Shown in pieces: positions 9,168 through 19,998 of a stretch of DNA of 64,000 bases. The stretch is from Candidatus Anderseniibacteriota bacterium. Its GTDB lineage: Bacteria > Patescibacteriota > JAUYIX01. The first letter of the stretch is position 1; every line of letters begins with the position of its first letter. Under the pieces are notes generated by a model, which was not told the DNA's origin, searched no databases, and worked only from the letters and a program-made list of their open reading frames with translations. The stretch is taken from the NCBI GenBank assembly GCA_046350855.1, contig JAXLZM010000001.1:89420-153419 (forward strand), in the 5' to 3' direction. Made by a program: the position numbers and the translations under genes.

Positions 9168-10007
9168 TCAAGCCACCGCCGCGGCACGGAGTCCTGCCCG
9201 CAGGGCCCGGGTCAGGTCTCGACGCAGCTTGGACAGCCCTGCAGTGGCTTTGAGTTGACTGGGGGTCAGCTCAAACTCGGTCGCGACCGGACGCATGTAA
9301 AGCTCTTTGACCAGCTCAATTTGCAGGGCAAAAATCCGTTTATTTGGCCGGCCGAACACCCGGGTAATATGGCCACCCGAGTAGGGGGTGTTGCGCGCGA
9401 CCACGTAGCCGGAGGTCTGTAGTTGAGCCATGACCGCGCGTATGACCCCGTCCGGAGCAGCGGTACCTTTGTTATCGCCAAGCACGATGTCCGCCCGTTG
9501 TTCTCCCGGATCCTTAGTGTGCACCATACCGTGACGATCCATACTGTGACCATCCAGCAGGAGCGCAAAACCAAAGCGGCGCACGGCCCGTCCGAGCAAC
9601 CGATGCAGGGCCGCCTGGTAGGGATGATAAAATTGGGCCAAAAGCCGACGCCGTTCGGTACTCGAGTACGGCTTAAGCAAGGTGGCTTGCCCGCTCAATA
9701 ACTGACTCGGGATAATGGGGTTCTCGGGCTTGGTATAGCCTCGGTTGAGGTTAACGACATATGGGCTAACCGCACTCTGTACACTCGAGCCTAGCTCTGC
9801 CACCCCACCATACACTTTTTGGGTGAACAAATCCGTGTCGAGGAGCAGCAGACGCGACCGTTCGACATGTCTAAGGGCCAGTTGCGGAATCCAAGTCCCG
9901 CCGTGTGGAACCGAGAGCACCAAAGGCGAGTCACGTTCAACCACCCGAATAATCGCGTTGGGGCGGAGGGTTTGGGGACGTTGTGTGAGGCTATTAAAGC
10001 CGTGCAT
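9168..10007 (-). CDS. N-formylglutamate amidohydrolase family protein
   Basis: Motifs SVPHGGT and LLDGHSM match FGase-type zinc amidohydrolases. Confidence 0.6.
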   Translation of the reverse strand: MHGFNSLTQRPQTLRPNAIIRVVERDSPLVLSVPHGGTWIPQLALRHVERSRLLLLDTDLFTQKVYGGVAELGSSVQSAVSPYVVNLNRGYTKPENPIIPSQLLSGQATLLKPYSSTERRRLLAQFYHPYQAALHRLLGRAVRRFGFALLLDGHSMDRHGMVHTKDPGEQRADIVLGDNKGTAAPDGVIRAVMAQLQTSGYVVARNTPYSGGHITRVFGRPNKRIFALQIELVKELYMRPVATEFELTPSQLKATAGLSKLRRDLTRALRAGLRAAAVA

Positions 10008-10020
10008 GGCGCAGAGGAAG

Positions 10021-11832
10021 TTAACCGCTAAAATCTATTTTGAGGAGTTTACTGTACGACTCGGGTGGCAAGTTCACGCGACCCATCGAGCGCAACTTTT
10101 TTTTACCCGCTTTTTGTTTTTCTAAAAGTTTACGTTTGCGGGTGACGTCGCCCCCGTAGAGTTTGGCGGTGACATCTTTACGACGGGCACTGAGGGTCGT
10201 GCGAGCCACGATCTTGCCGCCCACCGCCGCCTGGATTGGCACGGCAAACTGTTGCTGGGGCACCAGCTCTTTGAGGGTCGTGACTAAGTGACGCCCGACC
10301 GTTTGGACCCGCTCGCGTGGGACGGCCATAGTGAGGGCCTCGACCGGTTCGCCCGCCAAGAGCACATCCAGACGCACCACATCGGCAGGTTTGTACCCGG
10401 CTAACTCGTAGTGCATCGAGGCGTAGCCGCGCGTGACCGACTTAAGTTTGTCAAAAAAGCCCACGATCACCTCGGCCAGTGGTACATGCGCGCGCACGAT
10501 GACACGGGTCTGATCAAGATACTCTTGCCCAGTCAGGCTGCCACGTCGCTGCGAGATCAGCTGCAAGACATCCCCAATGTGGTTAGTAGGGGTCACGATC
10601 TCGAGGTCGGTCCAGGGTTCCTCTAGCTGCGCAGTGGCCTTGTCTGCCGTGTGCTCGCCAGTGGGCAGCTCGAGGGCACTCTGGAGTTCACGGACTGTGC
10701 CATTGGTGCGCATGCGGTACGGGACCATTGGCGTGGTGCTCACGATCTCAACACTAAACTCACGACGTAAACGCTCTTGCACAATCTCAAGATGCAACAA
10801 CCCCAAAAAGCCCATCCTAAAGCCCGCCCCAAGCGCGGTGGAACGAATCGACTCAAAGCTGAGCGAGGCATCGTTGAGCGCGAGGCGCTCGAGCCCAGCC
10901 CGTAGCTGTGGGTAGCGATCTGGGTCGGCTGGAAAAACCGCGGCAAAGACTTTGGGCTCCGAGGGAGCATAGCCCGGCAGAGGCTTGGCTGGCTCACGAC
11001 TCAGGATCGTGTCACCCACCCGCACGAGCCGGATCTCTTTAAGGCCGGTCTCGATGTAGCCGGTCAGTCCAGCCGAGAGCTCGGGAACGGCCGTGCGCGT
11101 GGGTTTAAAGACTCCAACGTGCTGGCTTTTGGAGTGAGCTTTAGTGGCCGCAAAACGTAACTCTTGGTCGGCTTCAAATACCCCGTCAAAAACCCGCACG
11201 TATGCGATCACGCCCCGATACGCATCAAAGATCGAATCAAAAATGAGAGCTCGGGCCGGCTTAGTGGTGGATCCTCGGGGCGGCGGGATACGCGCCACGA
11301 TGGCTTTGAGGAGTTCTGCCACGTTAGTCCCCTCCTTAGCTGAGACCCGCACGACTTGCTCCGCGGTGACCCCCAGGAGATGCACCAACTCCTGCGTGAC
11401 ACGCTCGGGATCGGCGTTGGGCAGATCGATTTTATTAATGACTGGGATAATGGCGAGATTATTGGCCACGGCCAGCTCGGCGTGCGCGAGGGTCTGGGCC
11501 TCGATGCCTTGCGAGGCGTCCACCAAGAGCAAAACGCCCTCGACCGCGGCCAAAGTTCGACTGACCTCGTAGCTAAAGTCGACGTGCCCAGGGGTGTCGA
11601 TGAGGTTGAGGACGTACCGCTGACCAGCCTCTCTGTAGAGCATTTGGACCGGTTGCAACTTGATCGTGATACCGCGCTCGCGTTCCAGATCGAGGGTATC
11701 GAGCAATTGGTTACGCATCGAGCGGCTCGGCACGGTGCCGGTCAACTCGATCAAGCGGTCGCTCAAGGTCGATTTACCGTGATCGACGTGCGCAATGATG
11801 GCAAAGTTACGGATTTGAGTGAGGTCGTACAT
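10021..11832 (-). CDS. lepA: elongation factor 4 (LepA)
   Basis: 603 aa with N-terminal NFAIIAHVDHGKSTL, the G-domain DTPGHVDF, and a LepA C-terminal domain. Confidence 0.92.
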   Translation of the reverse strand: MYDLTQIRNFAIIAHVDHGKSTLSDRLIELTGTVPSRSMRNQLLDTLDLERERGITIKLQPVQMLYREAGQRYVLNLIDTPGHVDFSYEVSRTLAAVEGVLLLVDASQGIEAQTLAHAELAVANNLAIIPVINKIDLPNADPERVTQELVHLLGVTAEQVVRVSAKEGTNVAELLKAIVARIPPPRGSTTKPARALIFDSIFDAYRGVIAYVRVFDGVFEADQELRFAATKAHSKSQHVGVFKPTRTAVPELSAGLTGYIETGLKEIRLVRVGDTILSREPAKPLPGYAPSEPKVFAAVFPADPDRYPQLRAGLERLALNDASLSFESIRSTALGAGFRMGFLGLLHLEIVQERLRREFSVEIVSTTPMVPYRMRTNGTVRELQSALELPTGEHTADKATAQLEEPWTDLEIVTPTNHIGDVLQLISQRRGSLTGQEYLDQTRVIVRAHVPLAEVIVGFFDKLKSVTRGYASMHYELAGYKPADVVRLDVLLAGEPVEALTMAVPRERVQTVGRHLVTTLKELVPQQQFAVPIQAAVGGKIVARTTLSARRKDVTAKLYGGDVTRKRKLLEKQKAGKKKLRSMGRVNLPPESYSKLLKIDFSG

Positions 11833-11841
11833 GGCGGAGCG

Positions 11842-12603
11842 TCAGGCAGAACCCACCAGGTCGGCCAGCAGCTCGAGACCACGGGCGTGCAGGGTCGCGC
11901 GGGGTGGATGGCCGCGCTCGAGCCGACAACGTACCCTGATGTACGCGGTTTGTTTGGTTAGCTTTGTGAGGTACAGTTCGATTCCGGCCGGACTAATGCT
12001 CGGGAGTCTACCGAGCCGCTGGCCGACCTCTCGTTTGAGACGCTCAATGTGCTTAGGATCAATCTCCAGACGTAGGACCAAGTACTCGCCGTGTGGGACT
12101 TTATAGACTCGGACAGGCTTGAGCAAAAAATCACGGTTTGGGATGTAGACAAACTCGCCCGTATCGGTTTCTAGTTTAACCGCGCGACCGCCGATCCGGC
12201 GCACGGTTCCCTCGGCGCCGTCGACATCTAAAATATCGCCGAGTTCAAAAGAAGAGTGTCCGAGTACTTCTAATCCAGCCAAAAAATTGACCAACAAATC
12301 TTGCAAGGCAAAGGAGAACCCGACCGAGAGTAAGCCCAGGCCCGCCACGAGGGCCGTGAGGTTCACCCCAAGCATACCGAGGGCTAGGATGCCGCCTACT
12401 GAGATCACAATGACCTGGGCGATGCGGCCGATCAGTTGCCCTCGCCGTGTGCTACGGCGCCGGCGGCTCACCAACGAGATGATGCCGACGATCACGGTAA
12501 AGAGTGCCACGATCACGAGAGCGGCCGAGAGAGCGGGCACTGTAGCCAAGAAGGTATCGAGGTAGCCTTGGTAGGTGCTTTTGAGGAGTTCGGTGGTTTG
12601 CAT
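11842..12603 (-). CDS. mechanosensitive ion channel (MscS family)
   Basis: N-terminal TM helices followed by the MscS beta domain (GDILDVDGAEGTV). Confidence 0.75.
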   Translation of the reverse strand: MQTTELLKSTYQGYLDTFLATVPALSAALVIVALFTVIVGIISLVSRRRRSTRRGQLIGRIAQVIVISVGGILALGMLGVNLTALVAGLGLLSVGFSFALQDLLVNFLAGLEVLGHSSFELGDILDVDGAEGTVRRIGGRAVKLETDTGEFVYIPNRDFLLKPVRVYKVPHGEYLVLRLEIDPKHIERLKREVGQRLGRLPSISPAGIELYLTKLTKQTAYIRVRCRLERGHPPRATLHARGLELLADLVGSA

Positions 12604-12620
12604 AGCGATGTTCTACGGCA

Positions 12621-14195
12621 CTAACGTGCCCGACGCAAGCTGGACCAGACCTCGGCCAACTCACGGCCGCGCAGGAGCCAGTGGACCAAGAGATAGACCC
12701 CACCGCCCACCAGGGCGGAGGCTGCCACGAGCAGGAGCACTTGTGGAACGGTCGTGAGGTCGAGGTAGTGCTCGATGAGAGTTTGGACCCCGAGCGTCGC
12801 GGCTCCCGCCACAGCACCAGCCGCGACCACGCGGATGACGGAGCTCACCAGTTCAGCATCCCGCAAGCCACCCAGGCGCGCGCGGAGCAAAACGAGGTGC
12901 AGCAAAAAGTCCACGATGGCCGCCAGCGAAAAAGCGGCGGCTAGGCCCATGACCGAGAGGTGCGGGGCCAGTAACAAAGCTGCCACGATGTTAATCAAAA
13001 CCGAAATTAAACTGATCGCAACGGGGGTGCGCGTGTCCTCGAGCGAGTAAAAGGCCCGCGCCAAAACCGGTACAGCACTTTGCGCAAAAAGCGAGAGGGC
13101 AAACACACCCAGCGCCGCCGCCGTCAAAAAGGTATCGGTAAAATCAAAAGCGCCCGTACCCAGCACCAAGCGCACGATCGGGACCCGCAGCACGATCAAG
13201 AGCACACTCATAGGCACGATCAGGTAGAACAACTGTCGCAGTGAGCTTACCAAGTGCGCACTAAATTGCGTCGAGTCGTTACGTGAGGCGGCTTCGGCTA
13301 AAAACGGAAACACCGCGGTGGCAAGTGACAATCCAACCAACCCGAGCGGCAAACTTTGCATGTTAAAAGCCAGGTTGTAGGAGGAGACGGTCCCCGTCTC
13401 GTAAAACGTGGCGACGGCAGTAATTACGACCACATTAATTTGTAGAGCGGCGATACTGAGGACCCGGGGGCCCGCCAAACGCAAAACTTTAAGCACCCCT
13501 TTGTCACGGAGCGAGACTCGGGCCGAGTACCTAAAGCCCGCCCGGTAGAGTGCCGGCAACTGGACCAATAAGTTGAGCAAGGCTCCCAAGATCACGCCCC
13601 AGGCTAAGCCCCGCGGTCCAAGCCACGGTACTAACAGTGTGATTCCAATAATGATCCCTACATTATAGAGAACCGGTGCTATCGCGTACGAGGTAAAGCG
13701 TTTAGTGGCGTTGAGATAAGAGGAGACCACGCTCGCCACGCCAAAGATAATCGGCGAGAGCAACATGATACGTGTGAGCTGGATGGTTTGGGCGGTCTGT
13801 TCGGCCGAAAAACCTGGCGCGATTAGTTCAACCAACTGCGGAGCAAAGAGCAACGCGATCAAAGAGAGTACCACCATCGAGAGGGTCAAGAGAGTCAGCA
13901 CTCCGCTCGCCACTCGGTTGGCCTCCTCTTGACGATTTTTGGCGATCAAACCGCCGACAACCGGGACAAAGGCCGCGGTAAGAGCCCCCAAGACCAAGAG
14001 GTTGTACAAAAAATCCGGCAGCTTAAAAGCGGCGTAGTAGGTATCCAGTACTGCCCCGGCCCCAAAGGTTCCTGCCAAGAGTCGATCGCGCACCAACCCA
14101 ATCACCCGCGAGATCAGCGAAAAAAATCCGATCACCCCTGCCGAAGTCAAAATCGTGCCCGTATGGCCTTGCAAGCTTGCTTTGAGCTGGTTCAC
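12621..14195 (-). CDS. murJ: lipid II flippase MurJ/MviN family
   Basis: 524 aa with about 14 TM segments. The N-terminus (RVIGLVRDRLLAGTFGAG...DTYYAAFKLPD) is the MurJ signature. Confidence 0.85.
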   Translation of the reverse strand: MNQLKASLQGHTGTILTSAGVIGFFSLISRVIGLVRDRLLAGTFGAGAVLDTYYAAFKLPDFLYNLLVLGALTAAFVPVVGGLIAKNRQEEANRVASGVLTLLTLSMVVLSLIALLFAPQLVELIAPGFSAEQTAQTIQLTRIMLLSPIIFGVASVVSSYLNATKRFTSYAIAPVLYNVGIIIGITLLVPWLGPRGLAWGVILGALLNLLVQLPALYRAGFRYSARVSLRDKGVLKVLRLAGPRVLSIAALQINVVVITAVATFYETGTVSSYNLAFNMQSLPLGLVGLSLATAVFPFLAEAASRNDSTQFSAHLVSSLRQLFYLIVPMSVLLIVLRVPIVRLVLGTGAFDFTDTFLTAAALGVFALSLFAQSAVPVLARAFYSLEDTRTPVAISLISVLINIVAALLLAPHLSVMGLAAAFSLAAIVDFLLHLVLLRARLGGLRDAELVSSVIRVVAAGAVAGAATLGVQTLIEHYLDLTTVPQVLLLVAASALVGGGVYLLVHWLLRGRELAEVWSSLRRAR

Positions 14196-16375
14196 TGGAG
14201 TACTACTCCTATCACATGATCGCGATCCAGCAAAAGACGCTGGGTGGCCCCACCCGAGACGTAGCGGAGGGGCTGGGCCAAACTACTCACGGCCACATCG
14301 ATTGGGACATCCGCACTCCCCGCTTGGCGCCACAACAATAGACGCAGTTGTCCGTTTTGGACGAGCTGGGTAGTTGGGACATCAAAGACCAATTTGAGCG
14401 TGCGCTCCTCACCGGGCTTGAGGGTCACCCAGTTGGCAAAGACGGTCTGACCGGCTTCTTGGTAGGTTTTAGTGTTGCTGGCCGCGTCCCACTGGATCTG
14501 CTCCTCGGGCGGCACACCGGTCGGGCTGGTGCACTCCGGACAGTCGTGCGCGAGGAGTGCCTTGACGTCCGTATCAAAACCACTGGCCTGCACCAGCCGT
14601 GCTCCCGCTGGAGCGTAGACCCGCAGGTACTCTCGGTTGGCGCGATCTTTAAACTGATCGGTACGCGTGTCTTTACGGGTGATGTGCAATTCGTGTCGTA
14701 CACTACTCGGACCAATCTCGACCAAAAGTTGCCGCGATTCTTGGACGTATTGATCGGTTTTGCCGCCGCCAATGTTGGCAAAGACGGGCGCTACGATATC
14801 CAGTGTAGCGCCGTCTCCGGCTGACGTGGTCGCACTAGCCAGGCTCCCCTCAGCACCCAGGGCTGTCGGTAATTGCGCCAAGGTCGCATCACCAAAAAAA
14901 ATCTGAATATCTTTGTGTTCGACCGCTTGCATGAGTGAACCCGCGACGGCCAACCACTGCTCACGGTTGAGGGCAAAAACTCGCTGCAAGAGCTGCTCGG
15001 CAAAAGACGGGAAAAAGGTCTGATCACGCGCCGTATCTTTTTTAGCGACCTCGTACTGGGCCTCTTCAACAAAAGTATCTTCCGTTACGGTCAAACCGAG
15101 TTGGTCAATTTTGACCGGGCCGGTCAGGGCTAAGAGATCCGTCACCACGCGGGGGTTAAGCGCGATCACTCCGTCCAAACGTGGATCCCCCGTCTGGGAT
15201 AAAAAGTCGAGCAAGACGCGCGCCGAGGTAGCAAAATTCGGATACCAGTTGGCGTCCTGCAAGGCAAACTCTTTACTGATTACATCAAGTCCCTCGGGCG
15301 GAACCAGCTTGGAGCGCACCTGCCCAGCTGGAGCGTAAATACTTTTTATGTCGAGACGCTCGACTTGTCCGTGCTGTAACTTTACAAAAGCAATTTGTCC
15401 CCAAAACCCACCGGTTGGTCGCAGCTCATTAGGATTTTGAAACACAACCGCGTACGTCCGCGCCGTGGTTGCCCCGGCCACCTCGGCCAAAACCCCCGTC
15501 AACCCGGAGAGCTGACGCAGCTGATCCAACACGGCAGGCAATTGGGTTTTGAGGGCAGTGACCGGCTGCGCGATGGACTGAGGCAAGCTGCGCGTGTCGA
15601 GGTTAAGGAGTAAGGTCCCCGCTTGGGTCAACTCTGAGCTCACCGTTTTGATATCCGGCTGAACCGCGACCAAGGCATCCGTGAGTGTTTGCTTGTCTCC
15701 GCCGGTTGGTCCCAGTTGCACGCCACTCATTTTTTGCACTACCCCCGTGAGCGCGCGACCGGCCGCCGCAACGTGCAAGCCTGCCTCGGCCAGTGAGTCC
15801 GCGGCGGCCAGCGGATCGCCCGGTAAGACCGCCAGGAGTGCTCTAAGCGACCCAGACAAGGACGCGAGCTCAGACTGTAACTCGTTAAACGATCCGCTGG
15901 CCTTATCAAACTGAGCCAGGGCTTCTTGCGGATTTTGATTACCGAGGGCGGTTGCGGCGGCTGTAAGCGCTTGTTCGGCCGAACTCGCTTGGGTTTGCAA
16001 CGTAGTTTTAGCCGCCCGACCATGCTCGAGCACCGAGAACAGCCCAATCGCGCTGGCCGAGAGCACCGCACAGACTAAAAACCAAGAGAGCCCCGAGCGG
16101 ACCAGCCCTCTACGAATCACACGCAAGGGTGCACGCTGGGTCCGAGGCTTACGCAGTCGCGCGACCGACGTAGGACGGGGCATCTGACTAGCGGGCAACA
16201 CCTGGGACGCCATGTAGTGCGGTTCAACAAATACCGTTAAATCCGGATAGTCGATCACCACCGGCGTAGAACTCGACCGTTTTGGCGCGGTCCCGTTTGG
16301 CACGTGAGGTGTCCGCTGGATGGGTCGCGTCCGTCGTGGAGCCCCCCGCAGTCCGTCGATCGCTCGGGTAGTCAT
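14192..16375 (-). CDS. large membrane-anchored protein, DUF4012-like
   Basis: 727 aa with a basic N-terminus, a single TM and a long extracytoplasmic domain. It overlaps both the upstream GT4 gene and downstream murJ by 4 nt, which suggests an operon. The DUF4012 assignment is from memory. Confidence 0.5.
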   Translation of the reverse strand: MTTRAIDGLRGAPRRTRPIQRTPHVPNGTAPKRSSSTPVVIDYPDLTVFVEPHYMASQVLPASQMPRPTSVARLRKPRTQRAPLRVIRRGLVRSGLSWFLVCAVLSASAIGLFSVLEHGRAAKTTLQTQASSAEQALTAAATALGNQNPQEALAQFDKASGSFNELQSELASLSGSLRALLAVLPGDPLAAADSLAEAGLHVAAAGRALTGVVQKMSGVQLGPTGGDKQTLTDALVAVQPDIKTVSSELTQAGTLLLNLDTRSLPQSIAQPVTALKTQLPAVLDQLRQLSGLTGVLAEVAGATTARTYAVVFQNPNELRPTGGFWGQIAFVKLQHGQVERLDIKSIYAPAGQVRSKLVPPEGLDVISKEFALQDANWYPNFATSARVLLDFLSQTGDPRLDGVIALNPRVVTDLLALTGPVKIDQLGLTVTEDTFVEEAQYEVAKKDTARDQTFFPSFAEQLLQRVFALNREQWLAVAGSLMQAVEHKDIQIFFGDATLAQLPTALGAEGSLASATTSAGDGATLDIVAPVFANIGGGKTDQYVQESRQLLVEIGPSSVRHELHITRKDTRTDQFKDRANREYLRVYAPAGARLVQASGFDTDVKALLAHDCPECTSPTGVPPEEQIQWDAASNTKTYQEAGQTVFANWVTLKPGEERTLKLVFDVPTTQLVQNGQLRLLLWRQAGSADVPIDVAVSSLAQPLRYVSGGATQRLLLDRDHVIGVVLQ

Positions 16376-17499
16376 AACGGTCTCCCGGCTACGGCTCGCT
16401 CATACACGGCCAGTGTCTCTTGGGCAACGGTTTGCCAGTCACGTTGCAATGCGAGTGATCGAGCTCGAGCGGTCAAACGCGTCCGCAAAGCGGGAGTAGA
16501 CCAAGCGATCACGATAGTGCTGGCAAGTTGCTCGATGTCGCGTGGATCTACGGTCAAGACCCCGTCCTGCAAAAACTCGCGCACGGGGGTGGTGTTAGAG
16601 GCGACCACCAGGGTTCCACGCGCGGCGGCCTCGAGAGCGGGTAACCCAAAGCCTTCGATAAAACTCGGGACAACTACTAGACGCGCGCCGTCGTACAGCA
16701 CGCGCAACTCAGCATCGGAGACGGCTCCAACGATACGCAGCCCGGGCAGCACCTGCAGCTGCCGTGCCAAACCAACCAACACGGAACGCTGCGCCACCGT
16801 GATCGGTCCCGCCAACACGAGCACCGCCCGTGGCAGCGAGCGCCGCACCTCAGCAAAAGCCCGCACCAACGTATCCACATTTTTGTGCGAGCGGTAATTG
16901 CCAACGTACAGCAGATACGGCTCGGTCAGCGACAATCGGTTGAACACCGCTCCTGCCTCAGCTGGTTGAACCGTCGGCCCGCAAAAGGCATCACTCACAG
17001 CATGTGGAACGACCGCGACGTGCGCGATGTCACCCAGCACCGCGAGTTCATCCCGCACCTGAACACTCGGCACGATCACCCGCTCAGCCCGCTCAAGGGC
17101 TGAACGTAGTACTTTGCGGTAGGCCTGCTGAGAAAGCCCTGAGCGACGACGTTCACCCGCGTAGTGTAACGGGATGGTGTCATGAATCGTCACCACAAAG
17201 GGGCCTCTAAACGCGAGCGGCACATTAAAGTTAGTAAAGTGCACCACCTCAAACCGCTCGCGCGCAAAGCGGGCCGGTAGCAACAGCTGCTCGGACCAAC
17301 TGTAGATCGCCTCGGGGGCAATGCGGTACGGGACGTGCGGATGACGCAGGTGCCACCAAGCTGCATCGACTGGCGAGACAAACACGGTCGGGAGGACCCC
17401 AACGCGCTCGAGACCGCAGACCAGTTCTTCGGTGTAGCGACCAATGCCGGTGATACGCACCATACGAGCGTCGATACCCAAACGCAGCGCACTCCTCAT
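16372..17499 (-). CDS. glycosyltransferase family 4
   Basis: 375 aa with the GT-B fold and the EX7E region (EGFGLPALEAAARG). Confidence 0.8.
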   Translation of the reverse strand: MRSALRLGIDARMVRITGIGRYTEELVCGLERVGVLPTVFVSPVDAAWWHLRHPHVPYRIAPEAIYSWSEQLLLPARFARERFEVVHFTNFNVPLAFRGPFVVTIHDTIPLHYAGERRRSGLSQQAYRKVLRSALERAERVIVPSVQVRDELAVLGDIAHVAVVPHAVSDAFCGPTVQPAEAGAVFNRLSLTEPYLLYVGNYRSHKNVDTLVRAFAEVRRSLPRAVLVLAGPITVAQRSVLVGLARQLQVLPGLRIVGAVSDAELRVLYDGARLVVVPSFIEGFGLPALEAAARGTLVVASNTTPVREFLQDGVLTVDPRDIEQLASTIVIAWSTPALRTRLTARARSLALQRDWQTVAQETLAVYERAVAGRPL

Positions 17500-18677
17500 A
17501 GGACCTCCGCGGCCACGGGTACCGGTTGCACTCCTACCCCTTGCTCTGCTACCGCGCGCAACACCGCCACGGTTTGGCGTGCGGCACGATGCCAGCTAAA
17601 CCCTTGAGCACGTGGTAGCCCTGCGTCTGCAAGTTGTGTACGTAGTCCAGGCTCGCTGAGCAGTAACTCAAGTGCGCGCTCGATCTCGACCGGCCGCTCG
17701 GGATCGACCAAGACGGCGGCGTGGCCGGTCACCTCGGGTAACGATGAGATGTTGGCGGTTAAAACTGGAACACCGAGCTGGAGAGCCTCGAGGGCTGGCA
17801 AGCCAAAGCCTTCGTAGCTGGAGGCGCAGTAGAGGGCCGTGGCCCCCGCTAGCAAAGCGCGCTTAGCGCTCTCGGGCACGTACCCCAAGACCAGGATGCG
17901 GTCGGCCACAGGGCTCTGGGCCACGGCCCGTTCAAAAGTAGCGGTTTTCCAACCCAACGGACCAATGAGTGCAAGACCCAAATCGGGATCACGCTGGGCT
18001 ACGCCGTCAAAAGCCCGCACCAAGGCGGCCAGGTTTTTGCGCGGTTCAATGGCCCCGATCGCCACGATGTAACGCTTAGGCAATTCATATTTTTTTTGCG
18101 CGGCTGCACTCTCATCTGGGGTGGGTGGTTCGGCTAACGAGGCCCCCAGCGGCACGACCGTGAGCTGTTCAGCCGGGATAGCGTAGAGCCGGGTCACATC
18201 TTGTGCAGTCGAGCGCGAATCACAGATCACGTGCGTGGCCTGCTGGATTAGTCGGCGCGCGCGCGTGGCGTTATGCCAGAGCCGCCGCTTGAGCGAAAAA
18301 AAATCTGGGTACAGTGCGTAGGAAACATCGTGTACGGTTAAGACGTGTGGCACGTGCGGCGAGAGGGCCGTAAAGTTGACGTTGGGCGAAAACCAGACGT
18401 CCACGCCACCCACTATGCGATCGAGGTAGGGCGCTCGGGTCAGGGTACTGCGAGCACTGAGCAGTTTGTTAGGTCGACGGTTCCAGGTCAGGCTGGTATT
18501 GGCGAGGTTCGGGATACCCAGGTCCGTAAGGGTCTGTTCACGCGTACCACTGGCATACAGGCTGAACTGCAAATCGGGCGCAACTTGCTGCATGGCCCGC
18601 ACGATCGCGCGGGTATAGGTCCCCACCCCCGTAAGCTGTGGGTCGGTTAGTGACCTAATATCTATCCCGATTTTCAT
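17496..18677 (-). CDS. glycosyltransferase family 4
   Basis: 393 aa with a GT4 motif (EGFGLPALEALQLGVPV). Confidence 0.8.
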   Translation of the reverse strand: MKIGIDIRSLTDPQLTGVGTYTRAIVRAMQQVAPDLQFSLYASGTREQTLTDLGIPNLANTSLTWNRRPNKLLSARSTLTRAPYLDRIVGGVDVWFSPNVNFTALSPHVPHVLTVHDVSYALYPDFFSLKRRLWHNATRARRLIQQATHVICDSRSTAQDVTRLYAIPAEQLTVVPLGASLAEPPTPDESAAAQKKYELPKRYIVAIGAIEPRKNLAALVRAFDGVAQRDPDLGLALIGPLGWKTATFERAVAQSPVADRILVLGYVPESAKRALLAGATALYCASSYEGFGLPALEALQLGVPVLTANISSLPEVTGHAAVLVDPERPVEIERALELLLSEPGLRTQLADAGLPRAQGFSWHRAARQTVAVLRAVAEQGVGVQPVPVAAEVL

Positions 18678-19858
18678 AGGTGGCCCCCGGGGTGATTGAT
18701 CCGAGTCAGTGGGATCTTGAGCTGCTGTAGGCTACGCAGTGGTCGGGTCGGCACAAACGTTCCTTGCGCCCGCTCGCGGCGCACCTGCAACAAGACCTGC
18801 CAAATCTGGGCCTTAAAGCGCTCTAAGGCAAAGCGTCGTGCGTACTCCCGGATCTCGGTCGGGTTGTAGTCGTTGGGCTCAAACGCGCGCACCGCGTCGA
18901 TCAAGCCGTCCACCGATTGTTCACTAAAAAAGGCCCCCGTAACCCCCGGCACCACCGTCTCAAGTGCGCCACCGCGGTTATAGGCGATCACTGGACGCCC
19001 TGCTGCCATGGCCTCGAGCGCCACGATCCCGAGATCCTCCTCCTGCGGATGGATAAAGGCCTGACAGTGGGCAAAGAGCCAGGCTTTTTGATCATCGGTA
19101 AAGTGTGGGACAAACATAATGTTGGGTCCCGCGATACGGCGCAGCCGCTTGTACTCCTCGCCATGTCCGGCAATCACGAGTGGCAACCCTAAGCGGTTAA
19201 AGGCCCGTACCGCGAGCTCATGTTTTTTGTAGGGTCGCAGCCGACCAACCATCAGGTAGTAGTCGCTGGGCTGTTGTGCCAAATAAAAACGGTTCCAATC
19301 CACGGGTGGATAGACGATGGTGGACTCACGGCGGTAGTACTTTTTGATGCGGGCGGCGGTGGTGTAGGAGTTGGCGATAAACTTGTCGACCCGCTGGGCC
19401 GCGAGTTGGTCCCAGAGACGTAGTCGACTCAGTACGACGGGCAGGATGGATTTGACGGTTCGGCCGACGTGGAGATCCTCGGTATAGTCATGGGTGTCGT
19501 GCCAAAGGTAGCGCGTAGGCGTGTGACAATAGCAAAGATGGATGGTCTCAGGTTTAGTGATGACACCCTTACCAAACGAAGAGGAGTCCGAGAGGACCAG
19601 GTCGTAGCCGGAGAGATCGAGCTGCTCGGTAGCGGTGGGATGGAGCGGCAGGTACCACTTGTAGTGCTTGACCCCGCCCGGAAAACGCTGCAAAAACGAG
19701 GTCTTGATCTCAGCTCGGGGAAAGAGCCGCTTGGCAACCACGCCATCGTCTACCAAGGTAAAAATAGTGGCGTGCGGAAACATGTCATGAAAAGCCTGTA
19801 AGACGTATTCGGCCCCGCCCAATTGGGTCAGAGCGTCATGGACCAAAGCGATACGCAT
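18674..19858 (-). CDS. glycosyltransferase family 4
   Basis: GT4 family. The likely start is the ATG giving MRIALVHD. The ORF track's 19927 start is a GTG with a 23-aa leader. Confidence 0.75.
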   Translation of the reverse strand: MRIALVHDALTQLGGAEYVLQAFHDMFPHATIFTLVDDGVVAKRLFPRAEIKTSFLQRFPGGVKHYKWYLPLHPTATEQLDLSGYDLVLSDSSSFGKGVITKPETIHLCYCHTPTRYLWHDTHDYTEDLHVGRTVKSILPVVLSRLRLWDQLAAQRVDKFIANSYTTAARIKKYYRRESTIVYPPVDWNRFYLAQQPSDYYLMVGRLRPYKKHELAVRAFNRLGLPLVIAGHGEEYKRLRRIAGPNIMFVPHFTDDQKAWLFAHCQAFIHPQEEDLGIVALEAMAAGRPVIAYNRGGALETVVPGVTGAFFSEQSVDGLIDAVRAFEPNDYNPTEIREYARRFALERFKAQIWQVLLQVRRERAQGTFVPTRPLRSLQQLKIPLTRINHPGGHL

Positions 19859-19957
19859 GGCGGAAAGTGGTGCCTCCCATGGTAGCAGATTTAGGCCTCC
19901 CGCGAGCACTTTTTTTGCTGCTGCCACAACACAGATGGTTCACTTTGTAAAGATGGC

Positions 19958-19998
19958 TGAATAAAATAAAAGGCCAAGTAGTTGTTACTACTTGGCCA
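19958..19998 (-). terminator. rho-independent terminator after wbaP-like gene
   Basis: On the minus strand: hairpin GGCCAAGUAGU-AACA-ACUACUUGGCC followed by UUUUAUUUUAUU. Confidence 0.6.
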